Positions 50,201-61,400 of a DNA stretch of 64,000 bases are shown piece by piece. The stretch's first letter is position 1. Each line of letters starts with the position of its first letter. The DNA is from Laetmonice hystrix. Lineage: Eukaryota. The stretch is taken from assembly GCA_965235115.1 (NCBI GenBank), contig OZ249436.1, forward strand, positions 3,598,001 to 3,662,000, given 5' to 3'. Under the pieces are notes generated by a model. That model was not told the origin of the DNA. It did no database searches and saw only the letters and a list, made by a program, of their open reading frames with translations. Both the position numbers and the translations under genes were made by a program.

Positions 50201-52233
50201 GTAAATCATAAAAAACCTACCTGGCCGTTTGGTCGACTTCTTCTTAACAGGTCCTGAAAGAGACATGACAAAGTGCACAAAATTATTACTGGTCTGTCTT
50301 CCTCATACTCAACCATCGTTGGTAATTTTCACTTCAATTTTTACTGACAGTCGTTTCTTTATGACAGAAAACAGGAAACTAGTACACTTCTATTGACAAC
50401 AGTAAGGATTAAACTAGACACCATGGCTTCATCTGCCATTCTTAACTGAAACTAAAGTCGAGCTGAATCAAGAGCACAAAGGAGACTTCATACCTGAACT
50501 TGTTGGTCTGAAGTTTGTCATTTTCATAGATCTGCCTTTACCACCTGCTGTTTGAGATTTGGGTTTGAAATCCTGAAAAAATATCAAGAGGAGACAACTC
50601 ATTTTACGTTAAGTTTACAAAATAAAAAACTGGCTTATCAATGGGACGATGCCAAACCTAGCTTCCATCTCAAGAAGACACCTAACAAAGTACACAGTGA
50701 CGTACATTCAGTTGCTGGGAAATGTTTATACTTACCTCCTCCTCTGATTCTTCAAATTCATCTGAGTATTCAGCCTGGATGAAAGAGAAAGCATCAGTAA
50801 GGTGGTAAAATGACTGAGCTTGGGGTGCTACTTCAGGGACAGCCTACATAAAACGACTAAACTCGGGGTGCTACTTCAGCCACAGGCTACATAAAACAAC
50901 TGAACTCGGGGTGCTACTTCAGGGACAGGCTACATAAAACAACTGAACTCGGGGTGCTACTTCAGGGACAGGCTACATAAAACAACTGAACTTGGGGTGC
51001 TACTTCAGGGACAGCCTACATAAAACGACTAAACTTGGGGTGCTACTTCAGGGACAGGCTACATAAAACGACTAAACTCGGGGTGCTACTTCAGGGACAG
51101 GCTACATAAAATGACTGAACTCGGGGTGCTACTTCAGGGACAGGCTACATAAAACGACTAAACTCGGGGTGCTACTTCAGGGACAGCCTACATAAAACAA
51201 CTGAACTCGGGGTGCTACTTCAGGGCCAGCCTACATAAAACGACTAAACTCGGGGTGCTACTTCAGGGACAGGCTACATAAAACGACTGAACTTGGGGTG
51301 CTACTTCAGGGACAGGCTACATAAAACGACTAAACTCGGGGTGCTACTTCAGGGACAGGCTACATAAAACAACTGAACTTGGGGTGCTACTTCAGGGACA
51401 GGCTACATAAAACGACTAAACTTGGGGTGCTACTATAGGGACAGCCTACATAAAACAACTGAACTCGGGGTGCTACTTCAGGGCCAGCCTACATAAAACG
51501 ACTAAACTCGGGGTGCTACTGCTACTTCAGGGACAGGCTACATAAAACGACTAAACTCGGGGTGCTACTGCTACTTCAGGGACAGGCTACATAGCTTCCT
51601 AAATCACTCGTCCAGCAGTCTGGGACAAGTTGAGATTACATCTGGACATGTAATAACAGGGGTAGGCCTGCCTGCTCACAGTAATAACAGGTGTAAGCCT
51701 GCCTGCTCACAGTAGTAACAGGTGTAAGCCTTCCTGCTCACAGTAATAACAGGTGTAAGCCTGCCTGCTCACAGTAATAACAGGTGTAAGCCTGCCTGCT
51801 CACAGTAATAACATGTGTAAGCCTGCCTGCTCACAGTAATAACAGGTGTAAGCCTTCCTGCTCACAGTAATAACAGGTGTAAGCCTGCCTGCTCTCAGTA
51901 ATAACAGGTGTAGGCCTGCCTGCTCACAGTAATAACAGGTGTAGGCCTGCCTGCTCACAGTAATAACAGGTGTAAGCCTTCCTGCTCACAGTAATAACAG
52001 GTGTAAGCCTGCCTGCTGGACAAGTCCCATTTTTCCATGTTCATCAACTTCATGAGCTGTGGTCAACTATGTCTACTGCCAGGACAAGTAGAAATGATCA
52101 TCTGGTTGTCCATGGGACTAGTAGAGATTCTGAAATGTGGGCCACCCTGAGCTTGAACATCTAAAAGATCATGTCTTTAAATCAGCTTTTTTTTCTGTAA
52201 CATCGTAATTGCCATTGACCTTACCTGTGACAT
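29201..52233 (-). CDS. IQCE: IQ domain-containing protein E
   Basis: Exons (minus): 52233-52225, 50774-50736, 50572-50494, 50253-50221, 50024-49803, 48612-48542, 48401-48324, 47417-47382, 46970-46849, 46653-46537, 46412-46243, 46047-45989, 45876-45804, 44331-44178, 44026-43853, 43428-43260, 42333-42229, 41181-41056, 39458-39262, 38416-38312, 34284-34177, 32757-32690, 31385-31311, 31200-31157, 29314-29201. Phases are consistent; about 848 aa if all are included. GTPAYKSPEEYYDEIIDLKK, KVRRLEEDN, EIEQLLDPS, LKQRILKLEHQLKDKE and LQGDLKTTKMEEM match human IQCE. The start exon and some small 3' exons are less certain. Confidence 0.88.
29485..31093. repeat. 45-bp tandem repeat, about 35 copies
   Basis: Unit gatagattttctgttcttagagttagtggctgggctagtgatagt. 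Confidence 0.97.
31512..32547. repeat. About 60-bp tandem repeat, about 17 copies
   Basis: Unit ccctagtcatattgctcgacccagatacctttaaacacatccctaagttcttcatgattcatggta with indel variants. Confidence 0.96.
34280..37710. repeat. About 70-bp tandem repeat, about 48 copies, containing an IQCE 3' splice site
   Basis: Unit ccaacct(a/g)caagtgtacccccactcaatggtcatacccctgaaccagtatgtctacttctgttagtgtat. The leftmost copy overlaps the acceptor at 34285-34286. Confidence 0.97.
38713..39083. mobile_element. Non-autonomous TIR element (Kolobok-like)
   Basis: tttaagtggcaccccaaattcctcaa versus reverse-complemented ttaaagtggcacgccaaattcctcaa; TTAA-like flanks. Confidence 0.75.
41393..41543. repeat. 52-bp tandem repeat, 3 copies
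   Basis: Unit cagactgtttgtcgccggcctgggagtttgtcactttctgtgtcacaagtga. Confidence 0.93.
42492..42680. repeat. 27-bp tandem repeat, 7 copies
   Basis: Unit gtcatgttccctccttatctaaaacct. Confidence 0.96.
44437..44749. repeat. 63-bp tandem repeat, 5 copies
   Basis: Unit acatcttcaccatatccaactacctcttcccaatcaatcagtaattcacaaagaatcattttg. Confidence 0.96.
45197..45363. repeat. 54-bp tandem repeat, 3 copies
   Basis: Unit aattacagcctgccaagtttgtcgacgtaaaatccactgacttttggattc. Confidence 0.92.
47476..48060. repeat. 98-bp tandem repeat, 6 copies
   Basis: gatctaagactctagctactgc... recurs about every 98 bp. Confidence 0.95.
48725..49250. mobile_element. Nested MITEs: outer TIR element containing a 161-bp palindromic MITE (48780-48940) and a third fragment
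   Basis: Outer TIR ctgggcccggtttgcaatactaagacatcttgcttaag / cttaagcaagatgtcttagtatcgcgaaccgggctcag. Inner near-perfect palindrome ctggggcccgtctcactaaaggc...gcctttagtgagacgggccccag. Confidence 0.88.
49418..49871. repeat. 74-81-bp tandem repeat, 6 copies, made from an IQCE exon end plus GTAAGT donor
   Basis: Each minus-strand unit reads tccacaagtcactacctacgacagttagtaggcacagagaaatctaaaaggtttacaccagaagtt(c)aga|gtaagt. Confidence 0.95.
50818..51592. repeat. 43-bp tandem repeat, about 17 copies
   Basis: Unit ggggtgctacttcagggacaggctacataaaacaactgaactc. Confidence 0.96.
51650..52018. repeat. 31-bp tandem repeat, about 12 copies
   Basis: Unit gtaataacaggtgtaagcctgcctgctcaca. Confidence 0.96.
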
Positions 52234-52426
52234 ATCTTTATATCTGCTGCCTGATGTTGGTATTGTCAGATAGTCAGATACCCACAGGAGGCTTTAGTGT
52301 TCTCTGATTCACTGAATGACTAATCAAAACCCATCCTGCCACAGAGATGAAGGTCTTTTTTGAAAGATCTTAGAAGCTGAAAAAAATAAAATCATTTCAA
52401 AGATCAGTTAATAACCATGCACTTAA

Positions 52427-52753
52427 AGTGCAACTGACATCACATAGGTAACTTTACTGATCTAGATAGATCACTTTGAGCTGTAGCCGTATCCCTGATA
52501 GGTTTTCTGAGAAGTCCTCTCAATTTAGAAAAATATTGAAAATTCGAATCTCGCGCCTCATCACAGTCTCACTCCTGCCTATTCTTTACCATTGCCCCTG
52601 ATGACGTCACTAGGGGAATTGGTCTTTAAAACGGCTTACACACAGTTCATATTCTTGTACAATAACCGCTCCTTTAAGTTAAACAACAACAAATTACATG
52701 TATTATCAGGATCTGGCACTAAATTTCATGTAAATTTTGATGTCTGTTGGACT
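52427..52753. mobile_element. Non-autonomous element with TTAA TSD (Kolobok-like)
   Basis: TTAA|agtgcaactgacatcaca versus reverse-complemented TTAA|agtccaacagacatcaaa. Confidence 0.75.
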
Positions 52754-53522
52754 TTAAACATAACCATCTAGCTGAAAATCACTCAAAATTAACTTTTATA
52801 ATTTACTCTACTTTAAACTCTGGATCCTTCTAATAACTCTGAATGTAGATCACATATATGGTACCTTAAAAAAGACAATGCCTTAGTACAAAACCTCATG
52901 GTTAGACATAAAATAAATATGGGTGGTTTAAAAATCTTATATGGGCTAAAAAAATTATAGGTCTACTTGACCAAAATGGTCAATTAAATTTAAAAAGTCT
53001 AGGGTACCGGTATTGAAAAAAGAAATGACATTGAAAAAAAGCATTGTATATTTAGGATTCATCCAAACAACTTGATTGGGTTAAGGTTAGGCCTAGGGTT
53101 AGGCCCCTAGGGCTATTTTTGTCTCCATTTTTTAAAATTAGGTGTTAATTGGATAGCAAGTCATTTAACTGTTGAACAATTTCCAACAGGATTCATGATT
53201 GACACTTAATGGTCACATCATGACCCCGCCAAATGCTGGCCAAATGTACACCACCTTGAAAAAAATAGAATTTATAACACCCAGACTCTGCGCAGCACAC
53301 CTGCGCAGTGATCACGCTCCTAGTTCACTAACGCCATAATGGTACAATATAACACTACAACTATAGTAAGTAGGGCTAGAGGCTAGACTCTACTCTCTTT
53401 TTCAGACTTATAAACTAGGCAGTGGTTATTCTGCCAGCGTATGGATGGGTCATGTGATTGCAATAGCCTAGGCCTACTGGATGATGTCTGATGGAAGAAT
53501 AGCAGATGATCTAATTAGTGCC

Positions 53523-54036
53523 TAGCCAAAGAATTCGGCTCTGTGCTCTGTACAGAGCCGAAGATCGCTGTTCAGAATTTCCGAGCGTACCCGGACAAAT
53601 CTTCTGTCTGCCATGAAAAGCCCTCCCTTGTCTCTATATGTTAATGAAATAGTGATAAATAAACTCAAAATAACTTATCTCTCATATCTACAAGCTGGAA
53701 AAGCACGATGCGACACAATAAAGACAGTCACATCTCTCGAACCGAGAAATTTCAATGCTCGTTAACCGTCGGAGAGATGCATGCTAGGAATATCAAAGGC
53801 AACATGGCGGCCGGTAAAACGCCGTAAAACGGGTGATCTAGACATGAATTTGACGTTGTACTATTAGAAACACTGCTTCAGGACCCCACACACCTACTGT
53901 CGAGATAAATGGATGCCGGTGAGTTGATCAGTGCAAGCTGTGGTGGTCTGGCCTGGGTGTGGTGTGACCCGCCAGGAATTTAATTCGACTGTCTGTAAGC
54001 CTTGCTGGCTCGGCGCAAGGCTTACTACGTAGGCTA
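53523..54036. mobile_element. Insertion with 9-bp TSD and TAGCC...GGCTA termini (AcademH-like)
   Basis: attagtgcc at 53514-53522 and 54037-54045 flanks tagcc...ggcta. Only a 5-bp TIR is evident. Confidence 0.55.
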
Positions 54037-54194
54037 ATTAGTGCCTAATTAACAACAGTTTTGGGACTAAAGTACTAACACTAACCCTTAGCCTAGGCCT
54101 AACCTAAACCCTAACCCAAACACATTGTTTCGTGTCGGTAATAAGTCAAATTAATTTATTTATTCTGCCGTCTGACGGCAGAAATTACCAGCAC

Positions 54195-54376
54195 TTAAGC
54201 CGCTTTCACATGCATACAGTATGCGGCGTGCGGCATGCGTTTTTGTTAATAATGTAACAAATGTAAATCGCCGCACGCCGCAAACCGGAGACATGTGAAT
54301 GGTTATATCTATTTTCAGTTGTTCCATTTTTGCAAAAACGCACACCGCACACCGTGTGCATGTGAAAGTGGCTTAA
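54195..54376. mobile_element. Fold-back MITE with TTAA flanks
   Basis: ttaagccgctttcacatgcatacagtatgcggcgtgcg versus reverse-complemented ttaagccactttcacatgcacacggtgtgcggtgtgcg. Confidence 0.82.
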
Positions 54377-55366
54377 CTGCCATACTACTGCGTAGCCGTA
54401 AGCGTAAACGAATTACTTCAATAATATTAATACTAATAATAGTTAAACTTAAAACGTGAACTAAACTGACTCACCTTGCCCTTGGTCAGGATTGACCCTC
54501 CTGACATGAGAACTAGTTCATAGTACTATTATTGGTCCAGAACCACAAATATTGTGGCAGCAGAACGCAGGCACGGCCCGGTTCACGTTGATGCCCGTCC
54601 AGCCAGCGCAGTGGTTGCCAATCAAGCTACCGCTCATGCACGAGCAGGTGCCCGCTTGTCTGGACCCAATCGTTAACCGGTCAATGCTGAAACTGTTGGT
54701 GCAGTTTATAAATTCAGCAACAAACAGGATGATATACTTGCTGATGATACTCCAAACCATGCAAATAAAGAGTTTTCTTACATTCCACCGTTGCTGTTGA
54801 TCCACCAGAGATGACAACAACACGTTCATATCCAAGTGTTTTCGCCCGTCAAACAAACACGCATAGTTGTGGTCTCGTACAATCTCGTTGGATCACAGAA
54901 ACTATCTCTGGCGCTAACTACCCGAGGGATAGCTGCAGGGACTACCTTTGACCCTGTTTTGACCTAGATACTTCTGGGTTCTCCCGGAGTATAAGTCAAA
55001 TATAATCTAATGCATTGTCTCAAGTGTAATTTTTGAAACTTTATATTAACCCCCGTTATTGTGGTACCTAAATTTCACAAGCACAGTTGGATAACGTCCA
55101 TCCTAATGGACTATTTTCTACCATCATGCGCAGCGGGATATGCCTCATAACGCTTCGCGTAGTGATCTCTAACAACCCTGTGCAGTTTGCTCTTAAAGTT
55201 TTTAGGTCAAATGCCCTGGGTCAAATGTGGTGCTAGTATATAATTTCTTTGTCGGTGATAGACCACAAACTTATAAAAATATAAATAAAAAGAACACTTT
55301 ATCAAAAATGCATATTACTATTGAAACGATATTTTTGATTGTTTGTTCATATTATACGAAACTTTT

Positions 55367-55405
55367 GATCACATGATTTTCTTCAAAGTGGTAAGGTCAC
55401 ATGAT
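55367..55405 (+). promoter_or_regulatory. Two TCACATGA (M-box/CLEAR-like) E-boxes immediately upstream of the SNX8 ATG
   Basis: tcacatga at 55369-55376 and 55397-55404. Confidence 0.45.
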
Positions 55406-55421
55406 CAGTACTGGAGTAAAG

Positions 55422-58400
55422 ATGGCAACTGACCTGACGTCGGGTAGGTGTTGACCACACGAAATAAATGTCTTTAACAAGGTAATGTGGATTGCCAATT
55501 ATTTTGGAAACCTAGAGCGAGGATTAACCTTTAACGATCTTCTCGTTCTATTATATTTCAGGGTCAGTGCCTCCGTTGTACCGTGAGGTTTATGACATCG
55601 TGTGTCCGAATCAGGAACATGTGGATCATGATATGTTTCTCAAGTTGCTTGTGAAATCTTCCCTCCCGTCTCAAACATTATCGCAGGTCAGTATCAGCAT
55701 GTCAGTACTCGGAATAAAAGCCATAGATTTAGTCGCCCTCAATTCAAGAAGTCATGTGGCTTTCTAAAGCTGTGTGAACCTTACTCAATCGGTTAATTAG
55801 AGTCTACAGGAGACCCTCTTCAAAAAGTGGGCGTTTCACCACACAGCCACAGCCACAGCCACTTGAATTAGAAGGCGGTACGAGAGTAGGTCGAGCGGCT
55901 CGACCTCACATAATGATCCACAGCTGTGATGCAATGCACAATGGGCAGGAGAAGGCTGTGTTTACTTGTAAATTTTACTGCATTATCCCATGGATTTAGC
56001 CTTGGCTTACGTCAACATAATTTCAGCAACATTTATTTAGCATCGTTGATTGAAAGCTAAGCCTTAACTAAGCTGACTTTGATTTACAGCATGTTCTGTT
56101 GTACAGGCATGTACAAGTTACAGCATGTACAAGTTACATTGTAACATGTTTCAAAGCTGGTTATAGTCTTCTGATATCCCCAAGGGCTAAAAATACAGGG
56201 ACGATAATTTTCTGCATTTAAAAAAAAAAGTGGTTATTCTTGCGATCGATCCAACAAGCCGACAATATAAATGTTACTTTGACTGTAGATCAGGAAAAAA
56301 ATCAGTTGAAATATATATATCCAAAAATGCACCAGAACATCTACAACAGGGCTGTCAAAGTTGGCAGGAGTAGCAGGGTATCTAAGAGAGAAAGTAGCGG
56401 GGTACCACCCTGGGGGGGAGGGGCCTACCCTGGAAAAATTTGAAAAAATGCCCCCCTGGGATGCAATTTCCTGGCATCTGAGAGGGGTAATTGGTCATCA
56501 CTGACATGTTGTTTTGGTACATGATGAGGCAGGAAAGTGAAAAAAGAACATTGTTAACAAGATCTTTTGTCATTCAACAAAAAGTAGGCGGCAGCAAAAC
56601 TGGTTTTAGACGAAGTTTTGCCGCTGCAGACCGGCTACTTTTGAGAGCCCTGCTACAATTTCAAAATTTCCAGGAAGGACATGTTCCTGGACCCTCCTAG
56701 ATGGGCTTGCTTCACTCGTCGACTTTCCCCTGTACCCTGGTACAGCACGTGAATAAGGGCAATCTGTTTTCATCTGAATCATCACCCAAAGGGTTTAGAA
56801 GACGGTAGGCACATTACCAACACAGTGCCTGCCTTATGAAAGGAGCACAGGAGCCATCAATGGCTTCTGTATATCTTATGTTAGGGGAGCCTGGTTAAGG
56901 GGAGTGTTAGTGGATGCCCCCTCCCCCTCCCAACTCAAAATGAGGAAGGAAAATCAAACATTGGGAAGTTAAGCCTCCAGTGAATGGTTATTTACCCATT
57001 ATTTATTGAGTGGTTTAAGATTTCTAGACATCCATGTGACTGTGGGAAATTCCCTCATTTATGTAAAGCATGGTACACAGTGATGTAATTAAAACAGCCT
57101 TAAATTTAAAAGTTGAGTCAATTTGTTGATTATGCCTATGGAAGTGATCATTTGCATTCAAATTTTCAAATTTACGGGGTAAACAGGAGTGAGAGTGATC
57201 ACTCCCGTCTATTCAAAGGGTCTGCTAATGGCTGTCAGATATGATATATTTATGTGTATAAAAGATGTAATGTACAATCTATCTATGTGCATGACAGTTT
57301 TAGCTTTAAATCTGGCTAGATGTCTTGTACATAATAATTGATACTATAAAATTCACACAAACTAATAGTGCTTTGACTTTGGATAGAGAACTGTTGCTAC
57401 ATTGAAGTGACTCAGAGAGAACCAAACCTCAGCCTAACTTGCCATGGTGAACAGCTGTGTGCCTGTACTCCAACACTACATTGAAGGCTAATGAATTTGG
57501 CACCCTGTTTATGTCTACAGGTGATAGCCAAGCACAGATGGTGCACTAGTTGTGGCCATGTGGAAACAGACTCTGGTCAGGTTCTGCCCTGTGGAACCTG
57601 CATAAAATATCCTGCTACAGCACTGAACAGCTCAACAATAAAATACCCTGGTACAACACTGAACAGCTCAACAATAAAATACCCTGGTACAGCACTGAAC
57701 AGCTCAACAATAAAATACCCTGGTACAGCACTGAACAGCTCAACATTAAAATACCCTGGTACAGCACTGAACAGCTCAACAATAAAATACCCTGGTACAG
57801 CACTGAACAGCTCAACAATAAAATACCCTGGTACAGCACTGAACAGCTCAACAATAAAATACCCTGGTACAGCACTGAACAGCTCAACAATAAAATACCC
57901 TGGTACAGCACTGAACAGCTCAACAATAAAATACCCTGGTACAGCACTGAACAGCTCAACATTAAAATATCCTGGTACAGCACTGAACAGCTCAACAATA
58001 AAGTACCCTGGTACAGCACTGAACAGCTCAACAATAAAATACCCTGGAACAGCACTGAACAGCTCAACATTAAAATACCCTGGTACAGCACTGAACAGAT
58101 CAACAATAAAATACCCTGGTACAGCACTGAACAGCTCAACAATAAGATACCCTGGTACAGCACTGAACAGCTCAACAATAAAATACCCTGGTACAGCACT
58201 GAACAGCTCAACAATAAAATACCCTGGTACAGCACTGAACAGCTCAACAATAAAATACCCTGGTACAGCACTGAACAGCTCAACAATAAAATACCCTGGT
58301 ACAGCACTGAACAGCTCAACAATGAAGTAGCTGGATGTGACCTAGCTAGGTTGATTTAAGGACCGAGTGCTTATGCCATTACAAGGAGTTGGTTGGATGT

Positions 58401-61400
58401 GGGTCAGTCTGAATGAGTTAAAAAAGGAGGTGCTGAATAAATCATGATGCTGATGATGTGAGCAGTGGAGTTTCAGGAAAAATTTGTAATATCATTATCT
58501 TATTGAAACAAGCGACACCAATGTAAAGATATGAATAAGTACATAGTAGTAGTATTGTATTGGTGACAACTCATTCTTCATCTGACCATTAAAACTTGAA
58601 AGATAATCAGAAATTCTGTATCACTGTACTCTACCTTTTGTCAAACAGTACAGTACTGAATCATGGTCAGTACCGGTAGCCGGGGTCAGTCATATAACAT
58701 TTGAGAAGAACCGTTGTCAGTCCCAAAATCAACTCTTCAAAAAATCTTGTTAATTATTATAAAATGGAGATGTTTTTTGTTACCAGCAATGTCATTGTGA
58801 TTTAGGCAGCGAGGCACAGTTCTTTTGTTGGCGTTTCCTTACTTTTGTATGCCACATGCATATGGAGTGCTTCATGAGACAAGCTGGTGATACATGTACC
58901 TCCCAAGTGCAATAATTCCCCTTGAAAACAACCTTTTAACCTTAAACAAAGGGCAACTCATGTATGTGTCAGAAACTCCCCAAAGGTATACATGTGCAAT
59001 TACAGTTTCTTCAGAAACTTATGAGAAATAACTGTTGTACTCCAATGAGAGAGTTATGCAGTGAAAACTTTAAAGATCATGTTTTTTTCAGATTTGGGAA
59101 GCAGTAGACAACAGGCAGGGATTTCTGAGTAGGAATGGCTTATATAAAGCTCTGGCACTGACTGCGCTGGCTCAGCAGGGCAAGTCAATCAATGAAAAGA
59201 TTCTGGAAAAGTACTCGGACACAGGTAAATATTTATTGTCTGTCGGTATAGTCCTTTTATTTCTATACAAATTCTCAGATAAAGTGAAAATAATTAACAA
59301 AAAAATTAGAACAATAATCATTTTTAAAAAGTAGGTTTAGAACGTAGGTCAAGAATTCCTACAATTCATGCTCCTTTTTTTTTCAGAACTTCCAAAGCCC
59401 AACTTGGGAGATTTGTCTGACCTGAAAAGGTTGAGTATCCAAGTGAGGCGGCAGAAGACTCCTAACATGTTAGGGTATCGGTTCCATGAACTGATTGAAC
59501 TTGATACTATCAAGGTTGAGCTGGTCCCCGAGAAGAAGGGCCTCATCCTCAAGCACATAGAGTATGAAGTTACGAGTCAGGTTGGTATTTGAAAGACATG
59601 TTAGCAGGGCGTTCAAATTGTTTGTAAGTAGGCGGGGATTAGGCCAAAGTAGCAGGCAACATCACTTTTATTTTCGTCCTCAAGTGCAGTCAACTTCTCT
59701 AATGCACACTGTTGAGTTATTAACTGGGTTTTATGCCATTTTGAGCATATAACCTTGCAATTTTGGCATCTTGAAAACAAATATCAATTTTTTTTTTGTC
59801 AGCTGACGTAAAGTAGCCATCGCAGGTTGCCCTTGGAGATGGGGATCGTGCCAGCCACCGGCTTAATTTGAAAGCCCTGTGCTCGATCACTGAACTTGAA
59901 AACATTTTTGGGGGGTACAAAAATTACCCATTTTTTAAATGCAGCATAGCTGCATTTTTTTTACATTATTTTCTAATCAGTAATTTCCCATTTTGTTTTG
60001 TTGCAGCGTTATCGGACAACAGTACTTCGAAGATACAATGACTTCATGGCTTTCCAGGAAATGTTGTTACTCAGATATCCCTACAGAATGATTCCAAAAC
60101 TGCCACCAAAGAAAATAATGGGCGGTAAGAAAGTTTGTTTAACTTGATTCTGATATTCGTGAAGAACACAGAAAAACAAATTAAAAGAAAAATCGCACCA
60201 AAAAAAAAAACCAGCATGTTAATTTTAGATCATAATGTTGCATTGAATTCTAATTGACATTATAATTAAAGCAAGGTTGATTTTGTTTCAGCAGCAGATC
60301 GTGAGTTTATTGAGCAGCGGCGGCGAGCATTACGGAGATTCTTGAACCTTGTCGCACGTCATCCCGTCCTTTATGATGATGGCATTGTCAAATATTTCTT
60401 CACGTTCAATGGATCGGTGAGTGTGTCAGATTGATACAGAACATAATACAGCAAAGATTTGAAGTGATGGGTAAAAAGCAAAGAAATTTTTCATGGTTTT
60501 TGAAACTATCATCTTTCTAAAGTATAATAGTTTGAGAAAGTAAAGTTTCAAAATGCCTTTGAGAGTGTTTTGGATAGTAGTATTCTGTCACTGATACTGA
60601 ATAATCCATCATTTTATTTACAGGATATGCAACACAAAATCAAAGAACACTTTCGTGGGGTCCCTGATGAATTCATGACCAGTGAAAATGCTATGAAAGC
60701 AAAGGTAGGGAGAACATAGCCCTGCACATTCTCACAGAAAAGTTTTGTCACTTGAGTGAATGGACTTTATTTAGTAGCTAATTAAATGGAAGTGTCAGAT
60801 ACAGGGTCAGGATTACTTAAGTTTTCTCCTGTCTCCCCTTCAGGAGCTGGTACCGATGGATACTCAGGTTCAGTTCAGTAACAGCCGAGAACACATCAAG
60901 GCTCTCATTCACGGCGTCACTCAAATCAAAAATATCACAGAGGCAATGGTTCGGAGACACACAAGTTACGCCAGTGACATGCTACAGCTGGGCAAGGAGC
61001 TGGGGTAAGGACACTTGGAAGGAAATCATTCGGGAAATAATAGCAAAAGAAATATTTTTATCATTAAAGTTTTGAATAAAGTCCTCATAATTTGCTGTGT
61101 TTGGAATTGAAACTTGAAGCAGTTAAGGAAATCCAATGTTGATGTATTTTAAAATGTTACCTTTTATCAAACCAGGACTCTTGCAGCTGATACAGCACCA
61201 GTCTCAGTATGGGCCAGTGGATCAAACGACACGTGGTCTCACCTAAAGCGTGGTTTCAAACATCTGTCGGTAGAGTATGCTACCCTGGCAGATAAAGCAA
61301 GAACCCAGGCTATACGGGAGGACCGAGGACTTGTTGAGGACCTCAACCTATTCCTGGACCTCCTCCATTCATATCGAGTATGTCTAATTGGATCGGTGTC

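Noticed and set aside
53075..54120. ggttagg/cctaacc telomere-like motifs
   Set aside because: Short and degenerate; typical of repeat-element internal microsatellites, not a telomeric array.
54518..54856. ORFs of 112 aa and 82 aa between IQCE and SNX8
   Set aside because: No recognisable homology; more likely UTR or promoter sequence.
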